Below, in pieces: positions 45,101 to 59,929 of a stretch of DNA of 64,000 nt. The notes beneath the pieces were generated by a model. That model saw only the letters and a program-made list of their open reading frames with translations. It was not told the DNA's origin and ran no database searches. The translations under genes and the position numbers were made by a program. Source of the stretch: Eledone cirrhosa (taxonomy: Eukaryota); the NCBI GenBank assembly GCA_964016885.1, contig OZ024742.1, forward strand, positions 1,116,001 through 1,180,000, given 5' to 3'. Position 1 is the first letter of the stretch. Each line of letters begins with the position of its first letter.

Positions 45101-48100
45101 CACAACAACATTACGGTAGAGCTAGAGATAAAACTAGGCTCACATCAACATTACTGTAGAGCTAGAGATGAAACTAGGCTCACAACAACATTACTGTAGA
45201 GCTAGAGATAAAACTAGGCTCACATCAACATTACTGTATAGCTAGAGATAAAACTAGGCTCAGTCAACATTCCTGTAGAGCTAGAGATAAAACTAGGCTC
45301 AGTCAACATTCCTGTAGAGCTAGAGATAAAACTAGGCTCACATCAACATTACTGTAGAGCTAGAGATAAAACTAGGCTCACATCAACATTACTGTATAGC
45401 TATAGATAAAACTAGGCTCACAACAACATTACTGTAGAGCTAGAGATAAAACTAGGCTCACAACAACATTACTGAAGAGATAGAGATACAACTAGGCTCA
45501 CATCAACATTACTGTAGAGCTAGAGATAAAACCAGGATAACATCAACACTACTGTATAGCTAGAGATAAAACTAGGCTCACATCAACATTACTGTAGAGC
45601 TAGAGATAAAACTAGGCTCACATCAACATTACTGTAGAGCTAGATATAAAACTAGGCTCACATCAACATTACTGCAGAGCTAGAGATAAAACTAGGCTCA
45701 CATCAACATTACTGTAGAGCTAGAGATATAACTAGGCTCTCATCAACATTACTGTACAGCTAGAGATAAAACAAGACTCACATCAACATTACTGTAGAGC
45801 TAGAGATAAAACTAGGCTCACATCAACATTACTGTATAGCTATAGATAAAACTAGGCTAACAACAACATTACTGTATAGCTAGAGATAAAACTAGGCTCA
45901 CATGAATATCACTGTAGAGCCGGAGATAAAACAAGGCTCACAACAACATTACTGTACAGCCAGAGATAAAACTAAGCTCACAACATTACTGTACAGCTAT
46001 AGATAAAAGTAGGCTCACATCAACATTACTGTAAAGCTAGAGATGAAACTAGGCTCACATCAACATTACTGTACAGCTAGAGATAAAACTAGGCTCACAT
46101 CAACATTACTGTAGAGCTAGAGATAAAACTAGGCTCACAACAACATTACTGTACAGCCAGAGATAAAGCTACGCTCACATCAACATTACTGTAGTGCTAG
46201 AGATAAAACTAGGCTCACAACAACATTACTGTACAGCTAGAGATAAAACTAGGCTCACATCAACATTACTGTACAGCTAGAGATAAAACTAGGCTCACAT
46301 CAACATTACTGTAGGGCTAGGGATAAAACTAGGCTCACAACAACATTACTGTATAGCTAGAGATAAAACTAAGCTCACATCAACATTACTGTAGAGCTAG
46401 AGATAAAACTAGGCTCACAACATTACTGTAGAGCTAGAGATAAAACTAGGCTAACAACAACATTACTGGAGAGCTGGAGATAAAACTAGGCTCACATCAA
46501 CATTAGTGTAGAGCTAGAGATAAAACTAGGCTCACATCAACATTACTGTAGAGCTAGAGATAAAACTAGGCTCACATCAACACTACTGTACAGCAAGATA
46601 TAAAACTAGGCTCACATCAACATTACTGTAGAGCTAGATATAAAACTAGGCTCACATCAACATTACTGTAGAGCTAGAGATAAAACTAGGCTCACATCAA
46701 CATTACTGTAGAGCTAGACATAAAACTAAGCTCACATCAACATTACTGTATAGCTATAGATAAAACTAGGCTCACAACAACATTACTGTAGAGCTAGAGA
46801 TAAAACTAGGCTCACAACAACATTACTGTAGAGCTGGAGATAAAACTAGGCTCACATCAACATTAGTGTAGAGCTAGAGATAAAACTAGGCTCACATCAA
46901 CATTACTGTAGAGCTAGAGATAAAACTAGGCTCACATCAACACTACTGTACAGCAAGATATAAAACTAGGCTCACATCAACATTACTGTAGAGCTAGAGA
47001 TAAAACTAGGCTCACATCAACATTACTGTACAGCTAGATATAAAACTAGGCTCACATCAACATTACTGTAGAGCTAGAGATAAAACTAGGCTCACATCAA
47101 CATTACTGTAGAGCTAGAGATAAAACTAGGCTCACATCAACATTACTGTATAGCTATAGATAAAACTAGGCTCACAACAACATTACTGTAGAGCTAGAGA
47201 TAAAACTAGGCTCACAACAACATTACTGTAGAGCTAGAGATAAAACTAGGCTCACATCAACATTACTGTAGAGCTATAGATAAAACTAGGCTCACATCAA
47301 CATTACTGTACAGCTAGAGATAAAACTAGGCTCACATCAACATTACTGTAGAGCTAGAGATAAAACTAGGCTCACATCAACATTCCTGTTGAGCTAGAGA
47401 TAAAACTAGTCTCACAACAACATTACTGTACAGCCAGAGATAAAGCTAGTCTCACATCAACATTACTGTAGTGCTAGAGATAAAACTAGGCTCACAACAA
47501 CATTACTGTACAGCTAGAGATAAAACTAGGCTCACATCAACATTACTGTACAGCTAGAGATAAAACTAGGCTCACATCAACATTACTGTAGAGCTAGAGA
47601 TAAAACTAGGCTGACATCAACATTACTGTAGAGCTAGAGATAAAACTAGGCTCACATCAACATTACTGTAGAGCTATAGATAAAACTAGGCTCACATCAA
47701 CATTACTGTATAGCTATAGATAAAACTAGGCTCACAACAACATTACTGTAGAGCTATAGATAAGACTAGGCTCACATCAACATTACTGTATAGCTATAGA
47801 TAAAACTAGGCTCACAACAACATTACTGTAGAGCTATAGATAAAACTAGGCTCACATCAACATTACTGTCGAGATAGAGATAAAACTAGGCTCACATCAA
47901 CATTACTGTAGAGCTATAGATAAAGCTAGGCTCACAACAACATTACTGTACAATTAGAGATAAAACTAGGCTCACAACATTACTGTAGAGCTAGAGATAA
48001 AACTAGGCTCACATGAACATCACTGTAGAGCCGGAGATAAAACAAGGCTCACAACAACATTACGGTACAACTAGAGATAAAACTAGGCTCACATCAATAT

Positions 48101-51100
48101 TAATATAGAGCTATAGATAAAGCTAGGCTCACAACAACATTACTGTACAACTAGAGATAAAACTAGGCTCACAACATTACTGTAGAGCTAGAGATAAAAC
48201 TAGGCTCACATGAACATCACTGTAGAGCCGGAGATAAAACAAGGCTCACAACAACATTACTGTACAGCTATAGATAAAACTAGGCTCACATCAACATTAC
48301 TGTACAGCTAGAGATAAAAGTAGGCTCACATCAACATTACTGTAGAGCTAGAGATAAAAGTAGGCTCACATCAACATTACTGTAGAGCTAGACATAAAAC
48401 TAGGCTCATATCAACATTACTGTAGAGCTAGAGATAAAACTAGGCTCACATCAACATTACTGTACAGCTAGAGATAAAACTAGGCTCACAACATTACTGT
48501 ACAGCTAGAGATAAAACAAGGCTCACATCAACATTACTGTACAGCTAGAGATAAAACTAGACTCATATAAACATTACTGTACAGCTAGAGATACAACTAG
48601 ACTCACGTCAACATTACTGTACCGCTAGAGATAAAATTAGGCTCACATCAACATTACTGTACCGCTAGAGATAAAACTAGGCTCACATCAACATTACTGT
48701 ACCGCTAGAGATAAAACTAGGCTCACATCAACATTACTGTACAGCTAGAGACGAAACTAGGCTCACAACAACATTACTGTACAACTAAAGATAAAACTAG
48801 GCTCACATCATCATTACTGTACAGCTAGAGATAAAACTAGGTTCACATCAACATTACTGTAGAGCTAGAGATAAAACTAGGTTCATATCAACTTTACTGT
48901 ACAGCTAGGGATAAAACTAGGCTCACATTCACATTACTGTACAGCTAGAGATAAAACTAGGCTCACTACAACATTACTGTACAGCCAGAGATAAAACTAG
49001 GCTCACATCAATATTACTGTAGGGCTACAGATAAAACTAGGCTCACATCAACATTACTGTACAGCAACATTACTGTAGAGCTAGAGATAAAACTAGGCTC
49101 ACAACAACATTACTGTAGAGCTAGAGTTAAAACTAGGCTCACAACAACATTACTGTAGAGCTAGAGATAAAACTAGGCTCACATCAACGTTACTGTAGAG
49201 CTAGATAAAAGTAGGCTCACATCAACATTACTGTAAAGCTAGAGATGAAACTAGGCTCACATCAACATTACTGTAGAGCTAGGGATGAAACTAGGCTCAC
49301 AACAACATTACGGTAGAGCTAGAGATAAAACTAAGCTCACATCAACATTACTGTATAGCTAGAGATAAAACTAGGCTCACATCAACATTAGTGTAGAGCT
49401 AGAGATAAAACTAGGCTCACATCAACATTACTGTAGAGCTAGAGATAAAACTAGGCTCACATCAACACTACTGTACAGCAAGATATAAAACTAGGCTCAC
49501 ATCAACATTACTGTAGAGCTAGAGATAAAACTAGGCTCACATCAACATTACTGTAGAGCTAGAGATAAAACTAGGCTCACATCAACATTACTATAGAGCT
49601 AGACATAAAACTAGGCTCACATCAACATTACTGTAGAGCTATAGATAAAACTAGGCTCACATCAACATTACTGTAGAGCTAGAGATATAACTAGGCTCCC
49701 ATCAACATTACTGTACAGCTAGAGATAAAACAAGACTCACATCAACATTACTGTAGAGCTAGAGATAAAACTAGGCTCACATCAACATTACTGTATAGCT
49801 ATAGATAAAACTAGGCTAACAACAACATTACTGTATAGCTAGAGATAAAACTAGGCTCACATGAATATCACTGTAGAGCCGGAGATAAAACAAGGCTCAC
49901 AACAACATTACTGTACAGCCAGAGATAAAACTAAGCTCACAACATTACTGTACAGCTATAGATAAAAGTAGGCTCACATCAACATTACTGTAAAGCTAGA
50001 GATGAAACTAGGCTCACATCAACATTACTGTACAGCTAGAGATAAAACTAGGCTCACATCAACATTACTGTAGAGCTAGAGATAAAACTAGGCTCACAAC
50101 AACATTACTGTACAGCCAGAGATAAAGCTACGCTCACATCAACATTACTGTAGTGCTAGAGATAAAACTAGGCTCACAACAACATTACTGTACAGCTAGA
50201 GATAAAACTAGGCTCACATCAACATTACTGTACAGCTAGAGATAAAACTAGGCTCACATCAACATTACTGTAGGGCTAGGGATAAAACTAGGCTCACAAC
50301 AACATTACTGTATAGCTAGAGATAAAACTAAGCTCACATCAACATTACTGTAGAGCTAGAGATAAAACTAGGCTCACAACATTACTGTAGAGCTAGAGAT
50401 AAAACTAGGCTAACAACAACATTACTGGAGAGCTGGAGATAAAACTAGGCTCACATCAACATTAGTGTAGAGCTAGAGATAAAACTAGGCTCACATCAAC
50501 ATTACTGTAGAGCTAGAGATAAAACTAGGCTCACATCAACACTACCGTACAGCAAGATATAAAACTAGGCTCACATCAACATTACTGTAGAGCTAGATAT
50601 AAAACTAGGCTCACATCAACATTACTGTAGAGCTAGAGATAAAACTAGGCTCACATCAACATTACTGTAGAGCTAGACATAAAACTAAGCTCACATCAAC
50701 ATTACTGTATAGCTATAGATAAAACTAGGCTCACAACAACATTACTGTAGAGCTAGAGATAAAACTAGGCTCACAACAACATTACTGTAGAGCTGGAGAT
50801 AAAACTAGGCTCACATCAACATTAGTGTAGAGCTAGAGATAAAACTAGGCTCACATCAACATTACTGTAGAGCTAGAGATAAAACTAGGCTCACATCAAC
50901 ACTACTGTACAGCAAGATATAAAACTAGGCTCACATCAACATTACTGTAGAGCTAGAGATAAAACTAGGCTCACATCAACATTACTGTACAGCTAGATAT
51001 AAAACTAGGCTCACATCAACATTACTGTAGAGCTAGAGATAAAACTAGGCTCACATCAACATTACTGTAGAGCTAGAGATAAAACTAGGCTCACATCAAC

Positions 51101-53600
51101 ATTACTGTATAGCTATAGATAAAACTAGGCTCACAACAACATTACTGTAGAGCTAGAGATAAAACTAGGCTCACAACAACATTACTGTAGAGCTAGAGAT
51201 AAAACTAGGCTCACATCAACATTACTGTAGAGCTATAGATAAAACTAGGCTCACATCAACATTACTGTACAGCTAGAGATAAAACTAGGCTCACATCAAC
51301 ATTACTATAGAGCTAGAGATAAAACTAGGCTCACATCAACATTACTGTAGAACTAGAGATAAAACTAGTCTCACAACAACATTACTGTACAGCCAGAGAT
51401 AAAGCTAGTCTCACATCAACATTACTGTAGTGCTAGAGATAAAACTAGGCTCACAACAACATTACTGTACAGCTAGAGATAAAACTAGGCTCACATCAAC
51501 ATTACTGTACAGCTAGAGATAAAACTAGGCTCACATCAACATTACTGTAGAGCTAGAGATAAAACTAGGCTGACATCAACATTACTGTAGAGCTAGAGAT
51601 AAAACTAGGCTCACATCAACATTACTGTAGAGCCATAGATAAAACTAGGCTCACATCAACATTACTGTATAGCTATAGATAAAACTAGGCTCACAACAAC
51701 ATTACTGTAGAGCTATAGATAAGACTAGGCTCACATCAACATTACTGTATAGCTATAGATAAAACTAGGCTCACAACAACATTACTGTAGAGCTATAGAT
51801 AAAACTAGGCTCACATAAACATTACTGTCGAGATAGAGATAAAACTAGGCTCACATCAACATTACTGTAGAGCTATAGATAAAGCTAGGCTCACAACAAC
51901 ATTACTGTACAATTAGAGATAAAACTAGGCTCACAACATTACTGTAGAGCTAGAGATAAAACTAGGCTCACATGAACATCACTGTAGAGCCGGAGATAAA
52001 ACAAGGCTCACAACAACATTACGGTACAACTAGAGATAAAACTAGGCTCACATCAATATTAATATAGAGCTATAGATAAAGCTAGGCTCACAACAACATT
52101 ACTGTACAACTAGAGATAAAACTAGGCTCACAACATTACTGTAGAGCTAGAGATAAAACTAGGCTCACATGAACATCACTGTAGAGCCGGAGATAAAACA
52201 AGGCTCACAACAACATTACTGTACAGCTATAGATAAAACTAGGCTCACATCAACATTACTGTACAGCTAGAGATAAAAGTAGGCTCACATCAACATTACT
52301 GTAGAGCTAGAGATAAAAGTAGGCTCACATCAACATTACTGTAGAGCTAGACATAAAACTAGGCTCATATCAACATTACTGTAGAGCTAGAGATAAAACT
52401 AGGCTCACATCAACATTACTGTACAGCTAGAGATTAAACTAGGCTCACAACATTACTGTACAGCTAGAGATAAAACAAGGCTCACATCAACATTACCGTA
52501 CAGCTAGAGATAAAACTAGACTCATATAAACATTACTGTACAGCTAGAGATACAACTAGACTCACGTCAACATTACTGTACCGCTAGAGATAAAATTAGG
52601 CTCACATCAACATTACTGTACCGCTAGAGATAAAACTAGGCTCACATCAACATTACTGTACCGCTAGAGATAAAACTAGGCTCACATCAACATTACTGTA
52701 CAGCTAGAGACGAAACTAGGCTCACAACAACATTACTGTACAACTAAAGATAAAACTAGGCTCACATCATCATTACTGTACAGCTAGAGATAAAACTAGG
52801 TTCACATCAACATTACTGTAGAGCTAGAGATAAAACTAGGTTCATATCAACTTTACTGTACAGCTAGGGATAAAACTAGGCTCACATTCACATTACTGTA
52901 CAGCTAGAGATAAAACTAGGCTCACTACAACATTACTGTACAGCCAGAGATAAAACTAGGCTCACATCAATATTACTGTAGGGCTACAGATAAAACTAGG
53001 CTCACATCAACATTACTGTACAGCAACATTACTGTAGAGCTAGAGATAAAACTAGGCTCACAACAACATTACTGTAGAGCTAGAGTTAAAACTAGGCTCA
53101 CAACAACATTACTGTAGAGCTAGAGATAAAACTAGGCTCACATCAACGTTACTGTAGAGCTAGATAAAAGTAGGCTCACATCAACATTACTGTAAAGCTA
53201 GAGATGAAACTAGGCTCACATCAACATTACTGTAGAGCTAGGGATGAAACTAGGCTCACAACAACATTACGGTAGAGCTAGAGATAAAACTAAGCTCACA
53301 TCAACATTACTGTATAGCTAGAGATAAAACTAGGCTCACATCAACATTAGTGTAGAGCTAGAGATAAAACTAGGCTCACATCAACATTACTGTAGAGCTA
53401 GAGATAAAACTAGGCTCACATCAACACTACTGTACAGCAAGATATAAAACTAGGCTCACATCAACATTACTGTAGAGCTAGAGATAAAACTAGGCTCACA
53501 TCAACATTACTGTAGAGCTAGAGATAAAACTAGGCTCACATCAACATTACTATAGAGCTAGACATAAAACTAGGCTCACATCAACATTACTGTAGAGCTA
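42200..53600. repeat. Three related units of about 3.9 kb (offsets 3858 and 3959 bp)
   Basis: CTACGCTCAC...GTAGTGCT at 42311, 46169 and 50128. GAGAGCTGG at 42611, 46469 and 50428. TCGAGATAG at 47869/51828 and the 24-bp deletion at 49061/53020 (both offset 3959). Confidence 0.92.
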
Positions 53601-56600
53601 TAGATAAAACTAGGCGCACATCAACATTACTGTAGAGCTATAGATAAAACTAGGCTCACATCAACATTACTGTACAGCTAGAGATAAAACTAGGCTCACA
53701 TCAACATTACTGTAGAGCTAGAGATAAAACTAGGCTCACATCAACATTCCTGTTGAGCTAGAGATAAAACTAGGCTCACATCAACATTACTATAGAGCTA
53801 GAGAAAAAACTAGGCTCACATCAACATTACTGTAGAACTAGAGATAAAACTAGTCTCACAACAACATTACTGTACAGCTAGAGATAAAAGTAGGCTCACA
53901 TCAACATTACTGTAGAGCTAGACATAAAACTAGGCTCATATCAACATTACTGTAGAGCTAGAGATAAAACTAGGCTCACATCAACATTACTGTACAGCTA
54001 GAGATAAAACTAGGCTCACAACATTACTGTACAGCTAGAGATAAAACAAGGCTCACATCAACATTACTGTACAGCTAGAGATAAAACTAGACTCATATAA
54101 ACATTACTGTACAGCTAGAGATACAACTAGACTCACGTCAACATTACTGTACCGCTAGAGATAAAATTAGGCTCACATCAACATTACTGTACCGCTAGAG
54201 ATAAAACTAGGCTCACATCAACATTACTGTACCGCTAGAGATAAAACTAGGCTCACATCAACATTACTGTAGAGCTAGAGATAAAACTAGGCTCACATCA
54301 ACATTACTGTAGAGCTAGAGATAAAACTAGGCTCACATCAACATTACTATAGAGCTAGACATAAAACTAGGCTCACATCAACATTACTGTAGAGCTATAG
54401 ATAAAACTAGGCGCACATCAACATTACTGTAGAGCTATAGATAAAACTAGGCTCACATCAACATTACTGTACAGATAGAGATAAAACTAGGCTCACATCA
54501 ACATTACTGTACAGCTAGAGATAAAACTAGGCTCACATCAACATTACTGTAGAGCTAGAGATAAAACTAGGCTGACATCAACATTACTGTAGAGCTAGAG
54601 ATAAAACTAGGCTCACATCAACATTACTGTAGAGCTATAGATAAAACTAGGCTCACATCAACATTACTGTATAGCTATAGATAAAACTAGGCTCACAACA
54701 ACATTACTGTAGAGCTATAGATAAGACTAGGCTCACATCAACATTACTGTATAGCTATAGATAAAACTAGGCTCACAACAACATTACTGTAGAGCTATAG
54801 ATAAAACTAGGCTCACATCAACATTACTGTCGAGATAGAGATAAAACTAGGCTCACATCAACATTACTGTAGAGCTATAGATAAAGCTAGGCTCACAACA
54901 ATATTAATATAGAGCTATAGATAAAGCTAGGCTCACAAAAACATTACTGTACAACTAGAGATAAAACTACGCTCACAACATTACTGTAGAGCTAGAGATA
55001 AAACTAGGCTCACAACATTACTGTAGAGCTAGAGATAAAACTAGGCTCACATGAACATCACTGTAGAGCCGGAGATAAAACAAGGCTCACAACAACATTA
55101 CTGTACAGCTATAGATAAAACTAGGCTCACATCAACATTACTGTACAGCTAGAGATAAAAGTAGGCTCACATCAACATTACTGTAGAGCTAGAGATAAAA
55201 GTAGGCTCACATCAACATTACTGTAGAGCTAGACATAAAACTAGGCTCATATCAACATTACTGTAGAGCTAGAGATAAAACTAGGCTCACATCAACATTA
55301 CTGTACAGCTAGAGATTAAACTAGGCTCACAACATTACTGTACAGCTAGAGATAAAACAAGGCTCACATCAACATTACTGTACAGCTAGAGATAAAACTA
55401 GACTCATATAAACATTACTGTACAGCTAGAGATACAACTAGACTCACGTCAACATTACTGTACCGCTAGAGATAAAATTAGGCTCACATCAACATTACTG
55501 TACCGCTAGAGATAAAACTAGGCTCACATCAACATTACTGTACCGCTAGAGATAAAACTAGGCTCACATCAACATTACTGTACAGCTAGAGACGAAACTA
55601 GGCTCACAACAACATTACTGTACAACTAAAGATAAAACTAGGCTCACATCATCATTACTGTACAGCTAGAGATAAAACTAGGTTCACATCAACATTACTG
55701 TAGAGCTAGAGATAAAACTAGGTTCATATCAACTTTACTGTACAGCTAGGGATAAAACTAGGCTCACATTCACATTACTGTACAGCTAGAGATAAAACTA
55801 GGCTCACTACAACATTACTGTACAGCCAGAGATAAAACTAGGCTCACATCAATATTACTGTAGGGCTACAGATAAAACTAGGCTCACATCAACATTACTG
55901 TACAGCAACATTACTGTAGAGCTAGAGATAAAACTAGGCTCACAACAACATTACTGTAGAGCTAGAGTTAAAACTAGGCTCACAACAACATTACTGTAGA
56001 GCTAGAGATAAAACTAGGCTCACATCAACGTTACTGTAGAGCTAGATAAAAGTAGGCTCACATCAACATTACTGTAAAGCTAGAGATGAAACTAGGCTCA
56101 CATCAACATTACTGTAGAGCTAGGGATGAAACTAGGCTCACAACAACATTACGGTAGAGCTAGAGATAAAACTAAGCTCACATCAACATTACTGTATAGC
56201 TAGAGATAAAACTAGGCTCACATCAACATTAGTGTAGAGCTAGAGATAAAACTAGGCTCACATCAACATTACTGTAGAGCTAGAGATAAAACTAGGCTCA
56301 CATCAACACTACTGTACAGCAAGATATAAAACTAGGCTCACATCAACATTACTGTAGAGCTAGAGATAAAACTAGGCTCACATCAACATTACTGTAGAGC
56401 TAGAGATAAAACTAGGCTCACATCAACATTACTATAGAGCTAGACATAAAACTAGGCTCACATCAACATTACTGTAGAGCTATAGATAAAACTAGGCGCA
56501 CATCAACATTACTGTAGAGCTATAGATAAAACTAGGCTCACATCAACATTACTGTACAGCTAGAGATAAAACTAGGCTCACATCAACATTACTGTAGAGC

Positions 56601-58470
56601 TAGAGATAAAACTAGGCTCACATCAACATTCCTGTTGAGCTAGAGATAAAACTAGGCTCACATCAACATTACTATAGAGCTAGAGAAAAAACTAGGCTCA
56701 CATCAACATTACTGTAGAACTAGAGATAAAACTAGTCTCACAACAACATTACTGTACAGCTAGAGATAAAAGTAGGCTCACATCAACATTACTGTAGAGC
56801 TAGACATAAAACTAGGCTCATATCAACATTACTGTAGAGCTAGAGATAAAACTAGGCTCACATCAACATTACTGTACAGCTAGAGATAAAACTAGGCTCA
56901 CAACATTACTGTACAGCTAGAGATAAAACAAGGCTCACATCAACATTACTGTACAGCTAGAGATAAAACTAGACTCATATAAACATTACTGTACAGCTAG
57001 AGATACAACTAGACTCACGTCAACATTACTGTACCGCTAGAGATAAAATTAGGCTCACATCAACATTACTGTACCGCTAGAGATAAAACTAGGCTCACAT
57101 CAACATTACTGTACCGCTAGAGATAAAACTAGGCTCACATCAACATTACTGTAGAGCTAGAGATAAAACTAGGCTCACATCAACATTACTGTAGAGCTAG
57201 AGATAAAACTAGGCTCACATCAACATTACTATAGAGCTAGACATAAAACTAGGCTCACATCAACATTACTGTAGAGCTATAGATAAAACTAGGCGCACAT
57301 CAACATTACTGTAGAGCTATAGATAAAACTAGGCTCACATCAACATTACTGTACAGATAGAGATAAAACTAGGCTCACATCAACATTACTGTACAGCTAG
57401 AGATAAAACTAGGCTCACATCAACATTACTGTAGAGCTAGAGATAAAACTAGGCTGACATCAACATTACTGTAGAGCTAGAGATAAAACTAGGCTCACAT
57501 CAACATTACTGTAGAGCTATAGATAAAACTAGGCTCACATCAACATTACTGTATAGCTATAGATAAAACTAGGCTCACAACAACATTACTGTAGAGCTAT
57601 AGATAAGACTAGGCTCACATCAACATTACTGTATAGCTATAGATAAAACTAGGCTCACAACAACATTACTGTAGAGCTATAGATAAAACTAGGCTCACAT
57701 CAACATTACTGTCGAGATAGAGATAAAACTAGGCTCACATCAACATTACTGTAGAGCTATAGATAAAGCTAGGCTCACAACAATATTAATATAGAGCTAT
57801 AGATAAAGCTAGGCTCACAAAAACATTACTGTACAACTAGAGATAAAACTACGCTCACAACATTACTGTAGAGCTAGAGATAAAACTAGGCTCACAACAT
57901 TACTGTAGAGCTAGAGATAAAACTAGGCTCACATGAACATCACTGTAGAGCCGGAGATAAAACAAGGCTCACAACAACATTACTGTACAGCTATAGATAA
58001 AACTAGGCTCACATCAACATTACTGTACAGCTAGAGATAAAAGTAGGCTCACATCAACATTACTGTAGAGCTAGAGATAAAAGTAGGCTCACATCAACAT
58101 TACTGTAGAGCTAGACATAAAACTAGGCTCATATCAACATTACTGTAGAGCTAGAGATAAAACTAGGCTCACATCAACATTACTGTACAGCTAGAGATAA
58201 AACTAGGCTCACAACATTACTGTACAGCTAGAGATAAAACAAGGCTCACATCAACATTACTGTACAGCTAGAGATAAAACTAGACTCATATAAACATTAC
58301 TGTACAGCTAGAGATACAACTAGACTCACGTCAACATTACTGTACCGCTAGAGATAAAATTAGGCTCACATCAACATTACTGTACCGCTAGAGATAAAAC
58401 TAGGCTCACATCAACATTACTGTACCGCTAGAGATAAAACTAGGCTCACATCAACATTACTGTACAGCTA
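52130..58470. repeat. 2882-bp tandem duplication (about 2.2 copies)
   Basis: AGATTAAACT at 52431/55313, ACAGCAACATT at 53020/55902, TAGGCGCAC at 53611/56493, TCGAGATAG at 54830/57712 and GCTCACAAAA at 54931/57813. Confidence 0.92.
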
Positions 58471-59929
58471 GAGACAAAACTAGGCTCACAACAACATTAC
58501 TGTACAGCTAGAGATAAAACTAGGTTCACATCAACATTACTGTAGAGCTAGAGATAAAACTAGGTTCATATCAACTTTACTGTACAGCTAGGGATAAAAC
58601 TAGGCTCACATTCACATTACTGTACAGCTAGAGATAAAACTAGGCTCACTACAACATTACTGTACAGCCAGAGATAAAACTAGGCTCACATCAACATTAC
58701 TGTAGGGCTAGAGATAAAACTAGGCTCACATCAACATTACTGTACAGCTATAGATAAAACTAGGCTCACAACAACATTACTGTAGAGCTAGAGATAAAAC
58801 TAGGCTCACAACAACATTACTGTAGAGCTAGAGTTAAAACTAGGCTCACAACAACATTACTGTAGAGCTAGAGATAAAACTAGGCTCACATCAACGTTAC
58901 TGTAGAGCTAGATAAAAGTAGGCTCACATCAACATTACTGTAGAGCTAGGGATGAAACTAGGCTCACAACAACATTACGGTAGAGCTAGAGATAAAACTA
59001 AGCTCACATCAACATTACTGTATAGCTAGAGATAAAACTAGGCTCACATCAACATTAGTGTAGAGCTAGAGATAAAACTAGGCTCACATCAACATTACTG
59101 TAGAGCTAGAGATAAAACTAGGCTCACATCAACACTACCGTACAGCAAGATATAAAACTAGGCTCACATCAACATTACTGTAGAGCTAGAGATAAAACTA
59201 GACTCACATCAACATTACTGTACAGCTAGATATAAAACTAGGCTCACATCAACATTACTGTAGAGCTAGAGATAAAACTAGGCTCACATCAACATTACTA
59301 TAGAGCTAGACATAAAACTAGGCTCACATCAACATTACTGTAGAGCTATAGATAAAACTAGCTGCACATCAACATTACTGTAGAGCTATAGATAAAACTA
59401 GGCTCACATCAACATTACTGTACAGCTAGAGATAAAACTAGGCTCACATCAACATTACTGTAGAGCTAGAGATAAAACTAGGCTCACATCAACATTCCTG
59501 TTGAGCTAGAGATAAAACTAGGCTCACATCAACATTACTATAGAGCTAGAGATAAAACTAGGCTCACATCAACATTACTGTAGAACTAGAGATAAAACTA
59601 GTCTCACAACAACATTACTGTACAGCCAGAGATAAAGCTAGGCTCACATCAACATTACTGTAGTGCTAGAGATAAAACTAGGCTCACAACAACATTACTG
59701 TACAGCTAGAGATAAAACTAGGCTCACATCAACATTACTGTACAGCTAGAGATAAAACTAGGCTCACATCAACATTACTGTAGAGCTAGAGATAAAACTA
59801 GGCTGACATCAACATTACTGTAGAGCTAGAGATAAAACTAGGCTCACATCAACATTACTGTAGAGATATAGATAAAACTAGGCTCACATCAACATTACTG
59901 TATAGGTATAGATAAAACTAGGCTCACAA

